From Gemmatimonadota bacterium (GTDB lineage: Bacteria > Gemmatimonadota > Gemmatimonadetes > Gemmatimonadales > GWC2-71-9): a stretch of 64,000 nt of DNA. The DNA is taken from contig JBDHJM010000001.1 of NCBI GenBank assembly GCA_039586895.1, positions 8,882-72,881 of the forward strand, given 5' to 3'. Each line of letters opens with the position of its first letter. The first letter of the stretch is position 1. The position numbers and the translations under genes are program-made. Under the pieces are notes generated by a model. That model had not been told where the DNA came from. It was given only the letters and a program-made list of their open reading frames with translations, and searched no databases. Of this stretch, positions 38,014-47,306 are shown in pieces.

Positions 38014-38931
38014 ATGCCGAGCTACACCTTCTATCAGCTGGACGTGTTCACGAGCCGGCCGCTCAGCGGCAATGCCCTGGCCGTCTTCCCGGATCCCGCA
38101 GATCTCACTCCGGAGCAGATGCAGGCACTCGCCCAGGAGATGAACCTCTCGGAGACCACGTTCGTGTTCGACTCGGATGTGGCCACGCACCGGGTGCGGT
38201 TCTTCACGCCCACCGCCGAGATCCCCCTTGCCGGCCATCCCACGGTGGGCACCTGGTGGCTGCTCGCCGAGCTGGGACGACTCGAGCTGCCCCGGGACGG
38301 GGCGTTGGAGATCACGCAGGAAACCGGCGCGGGCGTGCTGCCGGTGACGATCCACGCGCGGGGCGGCTCGCCGCAACGCGTAGTGATGGTGCAGGCGGAG
38401 CCCGAGTTCGGTGCCCGCGTGGAGGACACCGGACTGCTGGCCCACGCGCTGGGCGGCACGGAGACCCTGATCGAGTCGGGCCCAGCCCCCCAGGTGGTCT
38501 CGACCGGGCTGCCTCAGCTCATGGTCCCCTGCGAATCGCTCGAGGCGCTGCGCTCCCTGCCGAGCGGCGGGGCGGGGAGCGAGCTCATATCGCTGCTGCG
38601 CGATCTCGGCACCGACTGCGCCATGCTCTACGCGCTGGAGACCGAGCTGCCCGAGGCCACCGTGCACTGCCGCATGTTCGCACCCGGCCTGGGGGTGTAC
38701 GAGGACCCGGCCACCGGCAGCGCCGCCGGTGCCCTGGGCTCCTACCTCGTGCAGTACGGGGTGGTGAGCCCGACCGACGGGACGGCATCGATCGTCGTGG
38801 AGCAGGGCATCGAGATCGGCCGTCCCAGCCTGATCCACGTGGAGGTGGACGTGGGTGCGCGGGGCGAACCGTCCCAGGTCCGCGTCGGCGGGGAAGCGGT
38901 CACCATCATCGAGGGCGAGGTGCGACTATAG
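38014..38931 (+). CDS. PhzF-family isomerase
   Basis: YQLDVFTSRPLSGNALAVF...MNLSETTFV...F.P..E.PLAGHPT.G. Confidence 0.9.
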   Translation: MPSYTFYQLDVFTSRPLSGNALAVFPDPADLTPEQMQALAQEMNLSETTFVFDSDVATHRVRFFTPTAEIPLAGHPTVGTWWLLAELGRLELPRDGALEITQETGAGVLPVTIHARGGSPQRVVMVQAEPEFGARVEDTGLLAHALGGTETLIESGPAPQVVSTGLPQLMVPCESLEALRSLPSGGAGSELISLLRDLGTDCAMLYALETELPEATVHCRMFAPGLGVYEDPATGSAAGALGSYLVQYGVVSPTDGTASIVVEQGIEIGRPSLIHVEVDVGARGEPSQVRVGGEAVTIIEGEVRL

Positions 38932-40031
38932 CCGCGACGGTCATCCCCGTCCCCCTCCCCGAGGCTCCCTACGACATCGTGCTGGGCGCCGGCCTCATGG
39001 AGGGGCTCGCCGACCACGTCTCCCAATACTGCCCGGCGTCGGCCTACGCCGTCATCAGCGACAGCAGCGTGGCGCCCCTCTACGCCGAGGCCGCCGCGGC
39101 GGCGCTCGAGCAGCTGGCTCCCACCCGGCTGGTGACCTTCCCGGCGGGGGAGTGGAACAAGACCCGGGAGACCTGGGCCCAGCTCACCGACGAGCTGCTC
39201 GGTGCGGGCCTCGACCGCGAAGCGGCGATCGTGGCCGTGGGGGGCGGTGTGGTGGGCGACCTCGCCGGGTTCGTGGCGGCCTCCTACCTGAGAGGCGTGC
39301 GCTGCGTCCAGGTCCCGACCACGCTGCTGGCCATGATCGACAGCGCGATCGGCGGCAAGACGGGCGTCGACACCCCGTTCGGCAAGAACCTGGTGGGCGC
39401 ATTCCATCAGCCGGCCGTGGTGGTGGCCGACGTGGCCACGCTGGGCACGCTCCCGCCGGTGCAGCTCGCGGCCGGGATGTCCGAGGCACTCAAGCACGGG
39501 ATAATCGCCGACGCCGGGTACTTCGACGCCCTCGTTGCCGCCCGGGAGGGACTCCGCGCCCGGCAGCCCGACGCGCTCCTTCCCGCGGTGCGGCGCAGCA
39601 TCGAGATCAAGGCCGGGATCGTGGCCGAGGACGCACTGGAGAGCGGCCGCAGGGCGGTGCTCAACTTCGGCCACACGGTGGCACACGCGCTGGAGGCGCT
39701 GCAGGGCTACGAGATGCTGCACGGCGAAGCAGTGGCCGTCGGGATGCTGGCCGAGGCGCGGCTGGGAGAGAGCGTGGGGGTCACCATGCCGGGCGTGGCA
39801 GACCAGGTGCGCCGGGGGCTCGAAGCGTTCGAGCTGCCGCTGGCACCCGGTTCTGAGCCCGACCCCGACGGTCTCCTGGAGGTGATGCGCCGCGACAAGA
39901 AGAACCGCTCCGGTACTGTCAGGTTTGCACTTCCGCAGCGCCTGGGAGAGATGGCCCGAGGACCCGCCGGCGAGTGGACGGTGAGCGCCTCGGAGGACGC
40001 CGTTCGGGAGATTCTGCAGCTTCCTGCCTGA
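38928..40031 (+). CDS. aroB: 3-dehydroquinate synthase (5' end inferred; no canonical start where homology begins)
   Basis: ...VAVGGGVVGDLAGFVAASYLRGVRCVQVPTTLLAMIDSAIGGKTGV...GKNLVGAFHQP...NFGHT.AHALE. N-terminal strand VIPVPLPEAPYDIVLG starts at 38940. The first GTG is at 38979. An ATA at 38928 has GAGG 7 nt upstream. Confidence 0.88.
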   Translation: MAATVIPVPLPEAPYDIVLGAGLMEGLADHVSQYCPASAYAVISDSSVAPLYAEAAAAALEQLAPTRLVTFPAGEWNKTRETWAQLTDELLGAGLDREAAIVAVGGGVVGDLAGFVAASYLRGVRCVQVPTTLLAMIDSAIGGKTGVDTPFGKNLVGAFHQPAVVVADVATLGTLPPVQLAAGMSEALKHGIIADAGYFDALVAAREGLRARQPDALLPAVRRSIEIKAGIVAEDALESGRRAVLNFGHTVAHALEALQGYEMLHGEAVAVGMLAEARLGESVGVTMPGVADQVRRGLEAFELPLAPGSEPDPDGLLEVMRRDKKNRSGTVRFALPQRLGEMARGPAGEWTVSASEDAVREILQLPA

Positions 40032-40216
40032 TCCGCGACATCATCCACACATCATCAACACAGTAGAGCGACAGTCAGATGTCGTAAATTGTTGTCACAT
40101 AACAATATGACACACCATCCATCATGGCTGTCAACATCATGTGGAAACCGCCCTGGTGGACAAAACCGGCAACGGCTTGCGAGAGAACGATTTGTGATGT
40201 GGAAAACGCTTTTTTC

Positions 40217-40245
40217 TTGACCGTATCAGCGGCGTTTCCTATATT
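40217..40245 (+). promoter_or_regulatory. Near-consensus sigma-70 promoter with A/T-rich UP-like tract
   Basis: TTGACC (40217-40222), 17-nt spacer, TATATT (40240-40245), preceded by GAAAACGCTTTTTTC. About 80 nt upstream of the sigma-factor ATG. Confidence 0.65.
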
Positions 40246-40327
40246 CGGCCGGCCTGCCATCGGTCATTTTGGCGGGCTTTTCCGACCGTCCTCCCTCCCG
40301 GGGTCCCGACCTAATCACGGGGAGCGT

Positions 40328-41221
40328 ATGGCCCAACTCCGAAGCGAGAAGCAGAAGGGCTTCTTTCGCACCCCTGCATCCGGTGCTTTCGACCAGTACC
40401 TGCAGGACATCCAGAAGCTTCCGCTGATAGGGAACGCCGAAGAAGAGCGGCGCCTCGCCAGGCGGGCGAGAAGCGGCGATGAACAGGCCGCCGAGCGGCT
40501 GGTTACGGCGAACCTGCGGTTCGTGATCTCATACGTGAAGAAGTACCAGGGACACGGCCTCGACCTCTCGGAGCTGGTGGCCATCGGCAACGAGGGGCTG
40601 CTCAAGGCGGTGAAGAAGTTCGATCCGGATCAGGGTGTGAAGTTCATCTCCTACGCCGTGTGGTGGGTGCGGCAGGCGGTTCTCAAGGCACTGGCGGAGC
40701 AGACCCGCAGCGTGCGGATCCCGCTCAACCAGAACAGTCACTTGATCCGCATGTCCCGCACCGAGACGTACCTCTCGCAGGAGCTGGGGCGGGAGCCCAC
40801 CGATGCGGAGATCGCGAAGGCCCTGCAGGACACCGAAGAGAACGTGCGCAGCGCCCGCCGCATGACAGCGGCCGAGATGTCGCTCGACGCGCCCATCGAC
40901 CGTTCCGACAAGGACGCCGCCACGTTCGGCGAGAGGTTTGCCGGACAGGAAGGCGGGGAGATCGAGGAGCGGACCGACGGGCGGCTGATGCGCGAGTTCA
41001 TCGACGGAGTGTTCGAGAAGTACCTGACTCCCAGGGAGCGCAAGATCCTCTACCTCTACTACGGTCTGGAGGAAGGCTCCGAAGGTATGACGCTCGAGAA
41101 GATCGGTGAGCTGATGGGCGTCACCCGCGAGCGGATCCGGCAGATCCGGGAGCGCGCGTTCGAGAAACTGCGCGAGAGCCCGCACGGAGAGGCGCTCAAG
41201 GGGTTCTGGGTGGCAGCTTAG
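40328..41221 (+). CDS. RpoD-family sigma-70 factor (short form without long region 1.1; group 2/3-like)
   Basis: GGGGAG upstream of ATG 40328. Region 2 (...LRFVISYVKKY...LVAIGNEGLLKAVKKFDP..G.KFISYAVWWVRQAV), region 3, region 4.2 (MTLEKIGELMGVTRERIRQIRERAFEKLR). Confidence 0.92.
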   Translation: MAQLRSEKQKGFFRTPASGAFDQYLQDIQKLPLIGNAEEERRLARRARSGDEQAAERLVTANLRFVISYVKKYQGHGLDLSELVAIGNEGLLKAVKKFDPDQGVKFISYAVWWVRQAVLKALAEQTRSVRIPLNQNSHLIRMSRTETYLSQELGREPTDAEIAKALQDTEENVRSARRMTAAEMSLDAPIDRSDKDAATFGERFAGQEGGEIEERTDGRLMREFIDGVFEKYLTPRERKILYLYYGLEEGSEGMTLEKIGELMGVTRERIRQIRERAFEKLRESPHGEALKGFWVAA

Positions 41222-41247
41222 TGGTCCCGAAGCGGTACCCCTCCGGG

Positions 41248-41280
41248 GGCGGCCGGCTCGTGCCGGCCGCCTCTTTTTTT
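41248..41280 (+). terminator. Rho-independent terminator
   Basis: GGCGGCCGGC-TCGT-GCCGGCCGCC perfect 10-bp stem followed by TCTTTTTTT. Confidence 0.8.
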
Positions 41281-41327
41281 GCGCCGGTCGCGCACCCACC
41301 ACCACCCTGAGGGTTGTAGTTTAGGAC

Positions 41328-42011
41328 ATGAGCACGCACACCCTCCCGGTTTTTCCCCTCCCGCATGTCCTGTTCCCGGGAGCCGCGCTTCCGCTGCACG
41401 TCTTCGAGCCGCGCTACCGTCAAATGCTGGCGGACTGCCGTGATGGCGACGGCCGGTTCGGGATCGCGTACGTGATTCCGACGCCATACACCGACCCCGC
41501 GCCCTCACCGGGTGCCGTGGGATGCAGCGCGGTCGTCGAGAGGGCCGAGCCCCTGACCGACGGGCGGCTCAACATCCTGGTGACGGGCGAGCGGCGGTTC
41601 CTGCTGCGCACCTACCTGGAGACCGACCGCCTCTACCGGGTGGCCGTGGTGGAGCCGTTCGAGGACGAGGCGTGGGACGCCGACGACGTCGGCGAGCTCG
41701 CGGCCGCGGTGAGCCGTGACTTCGCGAGCTACCTCGAGGCGCTCGAGTCGATGGGGGTGGTGCCGCCCCGCGGTGTGGAGCTGGCCGAGCAGCCCGCCGC
41801 TCTCTCGTTCCAGGTAGCGGCCGCCCTGGACATCGAGCCCAAGGTGAAGCAGGCCCTGCTGGAGCTGCGGCAGCCCAGCCACAGGCTGCGCCGCCTGGGA
41901 GTCATCCTGGGAGAACTGACGCGCCAGGCCCGGAAGGAGTCCGAGACGCGGGCCCGAGCCAAGGGCAACGGGGGAGGCACGCCGCCCACCGCGTCGGAGC
42001 TGCGCGAGTAA
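41328..42011 (+). CDS. Lon N-terminal (LON substrate-binding) domain protein
   Basis: LPVFPLPHVLFPGAALPLHVFEPRYRQM... 227 aa, with no AAA or protease domain. Confidence 0.85.
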   Translation: MSTHTLPVFPLPHVLFPGAALPLHVFEPRYRQMLADCRDGDGRFGIAYVIPTPYTDPAPSPGAVGCSAVVERAEPLTDGRLNILVTGERRFLLRTYLETDRLYRVAVVEPFEDEAWDADDVGELAAAVSRDFASYLEALESMGVVPPRGVELAEQPAALSFQVAAALDIEPKVKQALLELRQPSHRLRRLGVILGELTRQARKESETRARAKGNGGGTPPTASELRE

Positions 42012-42013
42012 CG

Positions 42014-43438
42014 GTGGCGATCCCCGCCGCGGCTCTCACCGCGCTGACCGCGATTGTCGGCTCCCGCTGGGTCCGCCGCGCCCGAGCCGAGATGGAGACG
42101 TACGCCTCGGACGGGCTGCCCACGCACCGCTCGCTGCCGGGCGCAGTAGTTCTGCCGGGGAGCCGCGACGAGCTGGTTGAGACCGTCCAGGCACTGGCCC
42201 GCTACGGTGTGCCGTTCGTGGCCCGGGGGGCCGGCACGGGACTCTCCGGCGGGGCGCTGGCCGACGCTGACGCTGTGCTGCTCGTGCTCACCCGCCTCAC
42301 CCGCATCCTCGAGGTGGACCCCGCGAACCGGCGCGCCGTGGTGGAGCCCGGTGTGGTGAACGTGCGGCTGTCCGCGGCCGCGGAGCCGTTCGGCCTCCAC
42401 TACGCACCGGACCCGTCCAGCCAGACGGCGTGCACCATCGGGGGCAACGTGGCGGAGAACGCCGGCGGCCCGCACTGCCTCAAGTACGGCGTCACCACGA
42501 ACCACATTCTCGAGCTGGAGGTGGTGCTTCCGGACGGGAGCGTGGCCTCGCTGGGATCGCCGGGCGGGGACGCGTGGGGGCCGGACCTGGTGGGGTTGTT
42601 CGTGGGCAGCGAGGGCATGCTCGGCATAACCAGCCGCATCACCGTGCGCCTCACACCGTTGCCCAAGGCCGTGCGCACCCTGCTGGCCGACTTTGCGGCG
42701 CTGCGTACCGCCGGCGAGGCCGTGTCGGCCATCATTCGCTCGGGGCTCGTGCCGGCCGCGCTCGAGATGATGGACCGCAACTGCGTCGGTGTGGTGGAGG
42801 CATCCATCTACGCGGCGGGCTACCCCACCGACGCCGCCGCCGTGCTGCTGGTGGAGCTGGACGGCGCGACGGAAACCGCGGTGGCCGACGAATGCGCCGA
42901 GATCGAGGCGCTGCTCAGGGAGCGCGGCGCCCGCCACGTGCGCGTGGCCGCCGACGAGGCCGAACGGGCCCGGCTGTGGCAGGGGCGCAAGAAGGCCTAC
43001 GGCGCGCTCGGCCGCCTCAACTCCGATCTCATGGTGCAGGACACGGTGGTGCCCCGCTCGACCCTGCCCGACGTGCTGGAGCGGGTGGAGGCGATCGGGG
43101 CTGAGCTGGGCATCGACGTGGCCAACGTGTTCCACGCAGGCGACGGCAACCTGCACCCCAACATCGCGTTCGACGCATCCGACCCGGTGCAGCTGGAGCG
43201 CGTGGAGCGGGCCTCCGCCGCGATCATGGAAGCGTGCGTGGCAGTGGGCGGCACGATCACCGGTGAGCACGGCGTCGGGGTCGACAAGCAGCGCTACATG
43301 CCGCTCATCTTCGACGCCGACACGCTCGGTGCGATGCGGGCCACGCGGCTCGTGTTCGATCCGCTCGAGAGCGCCAATCGCGGCAAGATGATCCCGGTCC
43401 ACGCCTGCCGTGAGTGGCGCATGGGGGTGCGGGCGTGA
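42014..43438 (+). CDS. glcD: FAD-linked glycolate oxidase subunit GlcD
   Basis: FAD_binding_4-type N-domain (...VVLPGSRDE...PFVARGAGTGLSGGA...) and C-terminal ...HAGDGNLHP...GTITGEHGVG. Confidence 0.9.
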   Translation: MAIPAAALTALTAIVGSRWVRRARAEMETYASDGLPTHRSLPGAVVLPGSRDELVETVQALARYGVPFVARGAGTGLSGGALADADAVLLVLTRLTRILEVDPANRRAVVEPGVVNVRLSAAAEPFGLHYAPDPSSQTACTIGGNVAENAGGPHCLKYGVTTNHILELEVVLPDGSVASLGSPGGDAWGPDLVGLFVGSEGMLGITSRITVRLTPLPKAVRTLLADFAALRTAGEAVSAIIRSGLVPAALEMMDRNCVGVVEASIYAAGYPTDAAAVLLVELDGATETAVADECAEIEALLRERGARHVRVAADEAERARLWQGRKKAYGALGRLNSDLMVQDTVVPRSTLPDVLERVEAIGAELGIDVANVFHAGDGNLHPNIAFDASDPVQLERVERASAAIMEACVAVGGTITGEHGVGVDKQRYMPLIFDADTLGAMRATRLVFDPLESANRGKMIPVHACREWRMGVRA

Positions 43439-43821
43439 CCCAGGTGCCCACCCGCTGGCGCTCCGTGTTCGACGACCAGCTCGAGACCGCGGTGGAGCGG
43501 GCCGCCACGGCCGAGCGGCACCTGGCGGAGGGCGACGGCACACGCGCGCTGCAGCAGGCTTATCCCGCCGTCATCTCCGCGGCCACGGTGCAGGTGTGGA
43601 TCGCGGCACCGCCGTGGCAGGTCCCGCTCGGCGCAGAGGAGCTGCAACGGCGGGTGCGCGAGAGCCTACCCAGCCTGTTCGCCGCGCTGGCGGAGCTGGA
43701 CGTGCAGCACTCCCTCACCAGCCCGTGGCAGCCCGCCGACGCCGAGCCGTACGTGACCGAGGCGGCCTCTTTCGTTTCCCAAACCGCGGAGCACTACCGG
43801 CAGTGGCTGAGCGAGGAGTGA
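43435..43821 (+). CDS. Hypothetical 128-aa helical protein inserted between glcD and glcE
   Basis: GTG 43435 overlaps the glcD TGA, and its own TGA overlaps the glcE GTG. VTQVPTRWRSVFDDQLETAVERAATAERHLAEGDGTRALQQAYPAVISAATVQVW... No family recognised. Confidence 0.5.
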   Translation: MTQVPTRWRSVFDDQLETAVERAATAERHLAEGDGTRALQQAYPAVISAATVQVWIAAPPWQVPLGAEELQRRVRESLPSLFAALAELDVQHSLTSPWQPADAEPYVTEAASFVSQTAEHYRQWLSEE

Positions 43822-45023
43822 CCATCGTGCGCCGCATCCGCTCCCTGGTGGGAGCGGAAGCGGTGATCGACACCGACTCCACGGGGCTGCCCCGCGTCGC
43901 GCCGCGCTCCGAAGACGCTGTGGCGCTCGTGCTCCGCGCCGCCACGGAGTCCGACTGGCGGGTGCGCGTCGAGGGCACCGAGAGCTGGATCCCGGCGGAC
44001 GCACCCGCAGACCTCGCGCTCACCACCCGGCGGCTCGCGGACATCACCTATCTGGATCCGGCCGACCTGGTGGCCACGTCCCAGGCCGGGGTGGCATGGG
44101 GCGACCTGCGCCGCGCGCTGGCCGACGAGGGTGCGTGGGTCGCGCTGGATCCACCGGGCTCGGGCCGCTCGGTGGGCTCGGTGGTAGCCACCGGCACTGC
44201 CGGCCCCCTGCGTGGCGGGTTCGGTTCCATCCGCGATCACCTGCTCGGGCTCACTCTGGTCACGGGGGACGGACGCGTCGTGCGGCCCGGCGGCCGCGTC
44301 GTTAAGAACGTGGCCGGCTTCGACCTCACGAAGCTCGCCGCGGGGTCGTTCGGCGCGTTCGGCGTGATTACGTCGGCCACCTTCCGGCTCCGTGCAGTCC
44401 CGCGCGCCGACACCACGCTCGTGGCCAGCGGCATGCGCGACACGCTGCTCACCGCAGCGCGGGAGATACTGGAAGGAGGAATTACTCCCGCGGCGCTCGA
44501 GCTGCTCGCCCCGACAGCGGCCCGGGCGGGCGAGTGGATGCTGGCGCTGCGCCTCATCGGCGCCGACCAAGAAGTGCACGCCACCCGGGACACCGTCGGG
44601 GGTACTGCGTCGCTCTCCCTCACCGAGCTGCCGGCAAGGGAATCGGCGCAGCTCTGGCCGGAGGCATTGGGCGGAGCCACGTTCGGCCCGATCACGGTCC
44701 GGCTGGGAGCGCTGCCGGCTTCGTTGGACGACGCGCTCGACCTGGTGGCCCACCACCTGCCCGAGGCGTGGCTCTCGGTCTCCGTTGGAAGCGGTACCAT
44801 CCGGTGGAGCGGCGAGACGACGGTGGGCCGCCTCAAGCTGCTGCGGCACGCGGCCGCCCAGCAGGAGATGCCCCTCACTCTCGAGCGCGCCCCGTGGCCG
44901 GTGCGCGAGGCCCTGGGACACTTCGGCGCCTACCGCGAGGGCGTGGGGCGGCTGGCGGCGCAGTTGCGGCGCGCTTTCGATCCCGCGCCCACGCTGGTCG
45001 TGCCGGTGGACGACTCGGCATGA
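43818..45023 (+). CDS. glcE: Glycolate oxidase FAD-binding subunit GlcE
   Basis: ...GGRVVKNVAGFDLTKLAAGSFGAFGVITSATFRL... GTG 43818 (alternative GTG 43827). Confidence 0.85.
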   Translation: MTIVRRIRSLVGAEAVIDTDSTGLPRVAPRSEDAVALVLRAATESDWRVRVEGTESWIPADAPADLALTTRRLADITYLDPADLVATSQAGVAWGDLRRALADEGAWVALDPPGSGRSVGSVVATGTAGPLRGGFGSIRDHLLGLTLVTGDGRVVRPGGRVVKNVAGFDLTKLAAGSFGAFGVITSATFRLRAVPRADTTLVASGMRDTLLTAAREILEGGITPAALELLAPTAARAGEWMLALRLIGADQEVHATRDTVGGTASLSLTELPARESAQLWPEALGGATFGPITVRLGALPASLDDALDLVAHHLPEAWLSVSVGSGTIRWSGETTVGRLKLLRHAAAQQEMPLTLERAPWPVREALGHFGAYREGVGRLAAQLRRAFDPAPTLVVPVDDSA

Positions 45024-46309
45024 TGGCCGGCGTGGCGGAGGGCCTGGAGCCCTGCGTGCACTGCGGGTTCTGCCTGCAGAGCTGCCCCACGTACCTGGTC
45101 ACGTCCGACGAGGCAGACAGCCCGCGCGGGCGCATAGTGCTGATTCGCGGACTCGCGCAGGGCAAGCTGGATCCGCACGACGCGGTGCTGACGTCTCACC
45201 TGGATCGCTGCCTCGGCTGCCGCGCGTGCGAGCCGGTGTGTCCCTCGGGGGTGAGCTACGGTCCGGCGCTGGAGCGGGCGCGTCATCTCCTCACGGAGGC
45301 GCGCCCCGTGCCGCTCTCGGTGCGTCTGGTGCATTTCGTGATGGCCGAGCGCGGCCTGGGACGTCTCCTGTTTCCGCTCGCCCGCATGGTGCGCCCACTG
45401 GCGCGCCTGTTCGCCGGGAACTCGCGCATGGGCTTCCCGCTCGGGATGCTGGCCGCAACGCAGCCGGCCCGGTTCGCGAACGGCAACGGGAGCGCGCCGG
45501 GGCGCACAGCGCCTGAGCGAGCGCCCTACGATCGATCGCGCGCCGCTTCCGACCCTCAAGAGTCCGCCGGCAACGCCGTGGTGCTGCGCGGCTGCATCAT
45601 GGACGGCCTGTTCTCCCACGTGCACGGAGCTACCGACCGGGTGCTGCGCGCCAACGGGTTCACCGTGGTAGACGTCGACGGGCAGGGGTGCTGCGGCGCG
45701 CTGCATGCGCACGCAGGACAGCACGAGGAGGCGCGAGCGCTGGCGCGGCGCAACGTACAGGCCCTGGCCGCAGCGGAGGGCGCGACGGTGGTGGCAGACG
45801 CCGCAGGCTGCGGAGCGATCCTCAAGGAGTACGGACGGCTGCTCGAGGGTGACCCCCTGGAAGGGATGGCGCACTCTCTGGCGGCCCGGGTGCGCGACGT
45901 GAGCGAGGTGCTGGCGGAGCGGGGCCCGCGCCCCGGCGCTCCGCTCGAGCTGCGGGTGGCGTACGACCCGCCCTGCCACCTGCTGCACGCACAGCGGGTG
46001 GCCGCGGCACCGGAGGCGCTGCTGGACGCAGTGCCGGGACTGGAGCGGATGCGGCACAGCGGCGCCGAGCTGTGCTGCGGCAGCGCCGGCAGCTACTCGC
46101 TGGCCCAGCCGGCACTCTCTCAGGAGGTGCTGCGCCACAAGATAGAGGCGCTCGTCGCAGCCCAGCCCGACGTGGTCGCCACCGGGAATCCGGGGTGCCA
46201 GATGCAGATCGGCGCCGGCCTGCTGGCTGCGGGCGTGAAGATCCCAGTGGTGCATCCGGTCGAGCTGTTGGACTGGTCTTACAGGAGAGCGGGGCACTAT
46301 GCCGAGTGA
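45020..46309 (+). CDS. glcF: Glycolate oxidase iron-sulfur subunit GlcF
   Basis: CVHCGFCLQSCPTY and CLGCRACEPVCPSGV ferredoxin motifs plus two CCG-type Cys-rich repeats. ATGA overlap with glcE. Confidence 0.9.
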   Translation: MMAGVAEGLEPCVHCGFCLQSCPTYLVTSDEADSPRGRIVLIRGLAQGKLDPHDAVLTSHLDRCLGCRACEPVCPSGVSYGPALERARHLLTEARPVPLSVRLVHFVMAERGLGRLLFPLARMVRPLARLFAGNSRMGFPLGMLAATQPARFANGNGSAPGRTAPERAPYDRSRAASDPQESAGNAVVLRGCIMDGLFSHVHGATDRVLRANGFTVVDVDGQGCCGALHAHAGQHEEARALARRNVQALAAAEGATVVADAAGCGAILKEYGRLLEGDPLEGMAHSLAARVRDVSEVLAERGPRPGAPLELRVAYDPPCHLLHAQRVAAAPEALLDAVPGLERMRHSGAELCCGSAGSYSLAQPALSQEVLRHKIEALVAAQPDVVATGNPGCQMQIGAGLLAAGVKIPVVHPVELLDWSYRRAGHYAE

Positions 46310-47306
46310 AGTGCACGGCTCGCTGCGCGTGGTGGCTCCCGGCGACGTCCCGGCCGCCGCGGAAGACGCGCTGCTTGACGGCGCGCTGGTGGCGCCCGCC
46401 TCAGTGTTCGCCGCCGACGTGACCGGCCCCGAGGTCATGCAGTGCATTCAGGGACTGCACACCAACGACGTGGAGGCCGCTGGACCGGCCGCCTTCGTGT
46501 ACGGCGCCACGCTCAGCCCCAAGGGGATGATCGTCAGCGACATGTGGGTGGCGCGGCACGGAGAGGAGTGTGCGATTTACGCCACGGCGGAGGGACGCGA
46601 CGGGGTGGCTGCCACGTTCGCGCGTTACGTCCCGCCGCGCCTGGCGACCCTCACCGACCGCACCGGCGAGATGACCGTGCTGCGCCTGGCCGGGCCTGCC
46701 GCGGGCGGGCGAGGAGCGGCGGCCGGCATCGATGTGCCGGACCCCGGACAGGCGGGCGAGGGATCTCTGGCGGGAACTCCCTACCGCTGCGCGGTGCCGC
46801 CCGGTGAGGAGCCGTTCGCGCTCCAGCTGGTAGCGCCCGCCGCCCGAGCCGAGGAGCTCGTCGCCGCCCTGGAGGCAACGGGCGTGGTGCGAGCCGGCCC
46901 CGCCGCGCTCGAGCTGGCCCGGGTACTCGCCGGGTGGCCGCAGCTGGGCGCCGAGATCGGTGAGAAGACCCTGCCCCAGGAAGTGCGCTTCGACGAGCTG
47001 GAGGGAGTCTCCTACACGAAGGGATGCTACACCGGGCAGGAGACCGTGGCCCGACTCCACTTCCGAGGGCACGCCAACTGGCGGCTCGCGGGATTCTGGC
47101 TGGACGATGCGCCGGACCCCGCCAACGCGGCCGTACGCGACGGAGAGAAGGAGATCGGCCGCTTGACCAGTGTCGCCTGGCTCGAACGGGTGGGGCGCTA
47201 TCTGGGACTCGGCAACGTGCGCCATGAAATCGAGGCGAACCGCACCGTGATCGCTGCAGGAGTTCCTGCCCGCATCGACGACCTGCCGTTCAAACTCCCA
47301 GCATGA
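46299..47306 (+). CDS. YgfZ/GcvT-like folate-binding protein
   Basis: ...EGVSYTKGCYTGQETVARLHFRGH... (KGCYxGQE signature). Confidence 0.8.
   Translation: MPSEVHGSLRVVAPGDVPAAAEDALLDGALVAPASVFAADVTGPEVMQCIQGLHTNDVEAAGPAAFVYGATLSPKGMIVSDMWVARHGEECAIYATAEGRDGVAATFARYVPPRLATLTDRTGEMTVLRLAGPAAGGRGAAAGIDVPDPGQAGEGSLAGTPYRCAVPPGEEPFALQLVAPAARAEELVAALEATGVVRAGPAALELARVLAGWPQLGAEIGEKTLPQEVRFDELEGVSYTKGCYTGQETVARLHFRGHANWRLAGFWLDDAPDPANAAVRDGEKEIGRLTSVAWLERVGRYLGLGNVRHEIEANRTVIAAGVPARIDDLPFKLPA

Noticed and set aside
40075-40327. 61-aa minus-strand ORF (40075-40260) and the 68-codon N-terminal extension of the sigma-factor ORF from 40124
   Set aside because: The region is AT-enriched with no G/C third-position bias. 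It contains a near-consensus promoter (40217-40245), and ATG 40328 has its own GGGGAG SD. Sigma homology begins only after 40328.
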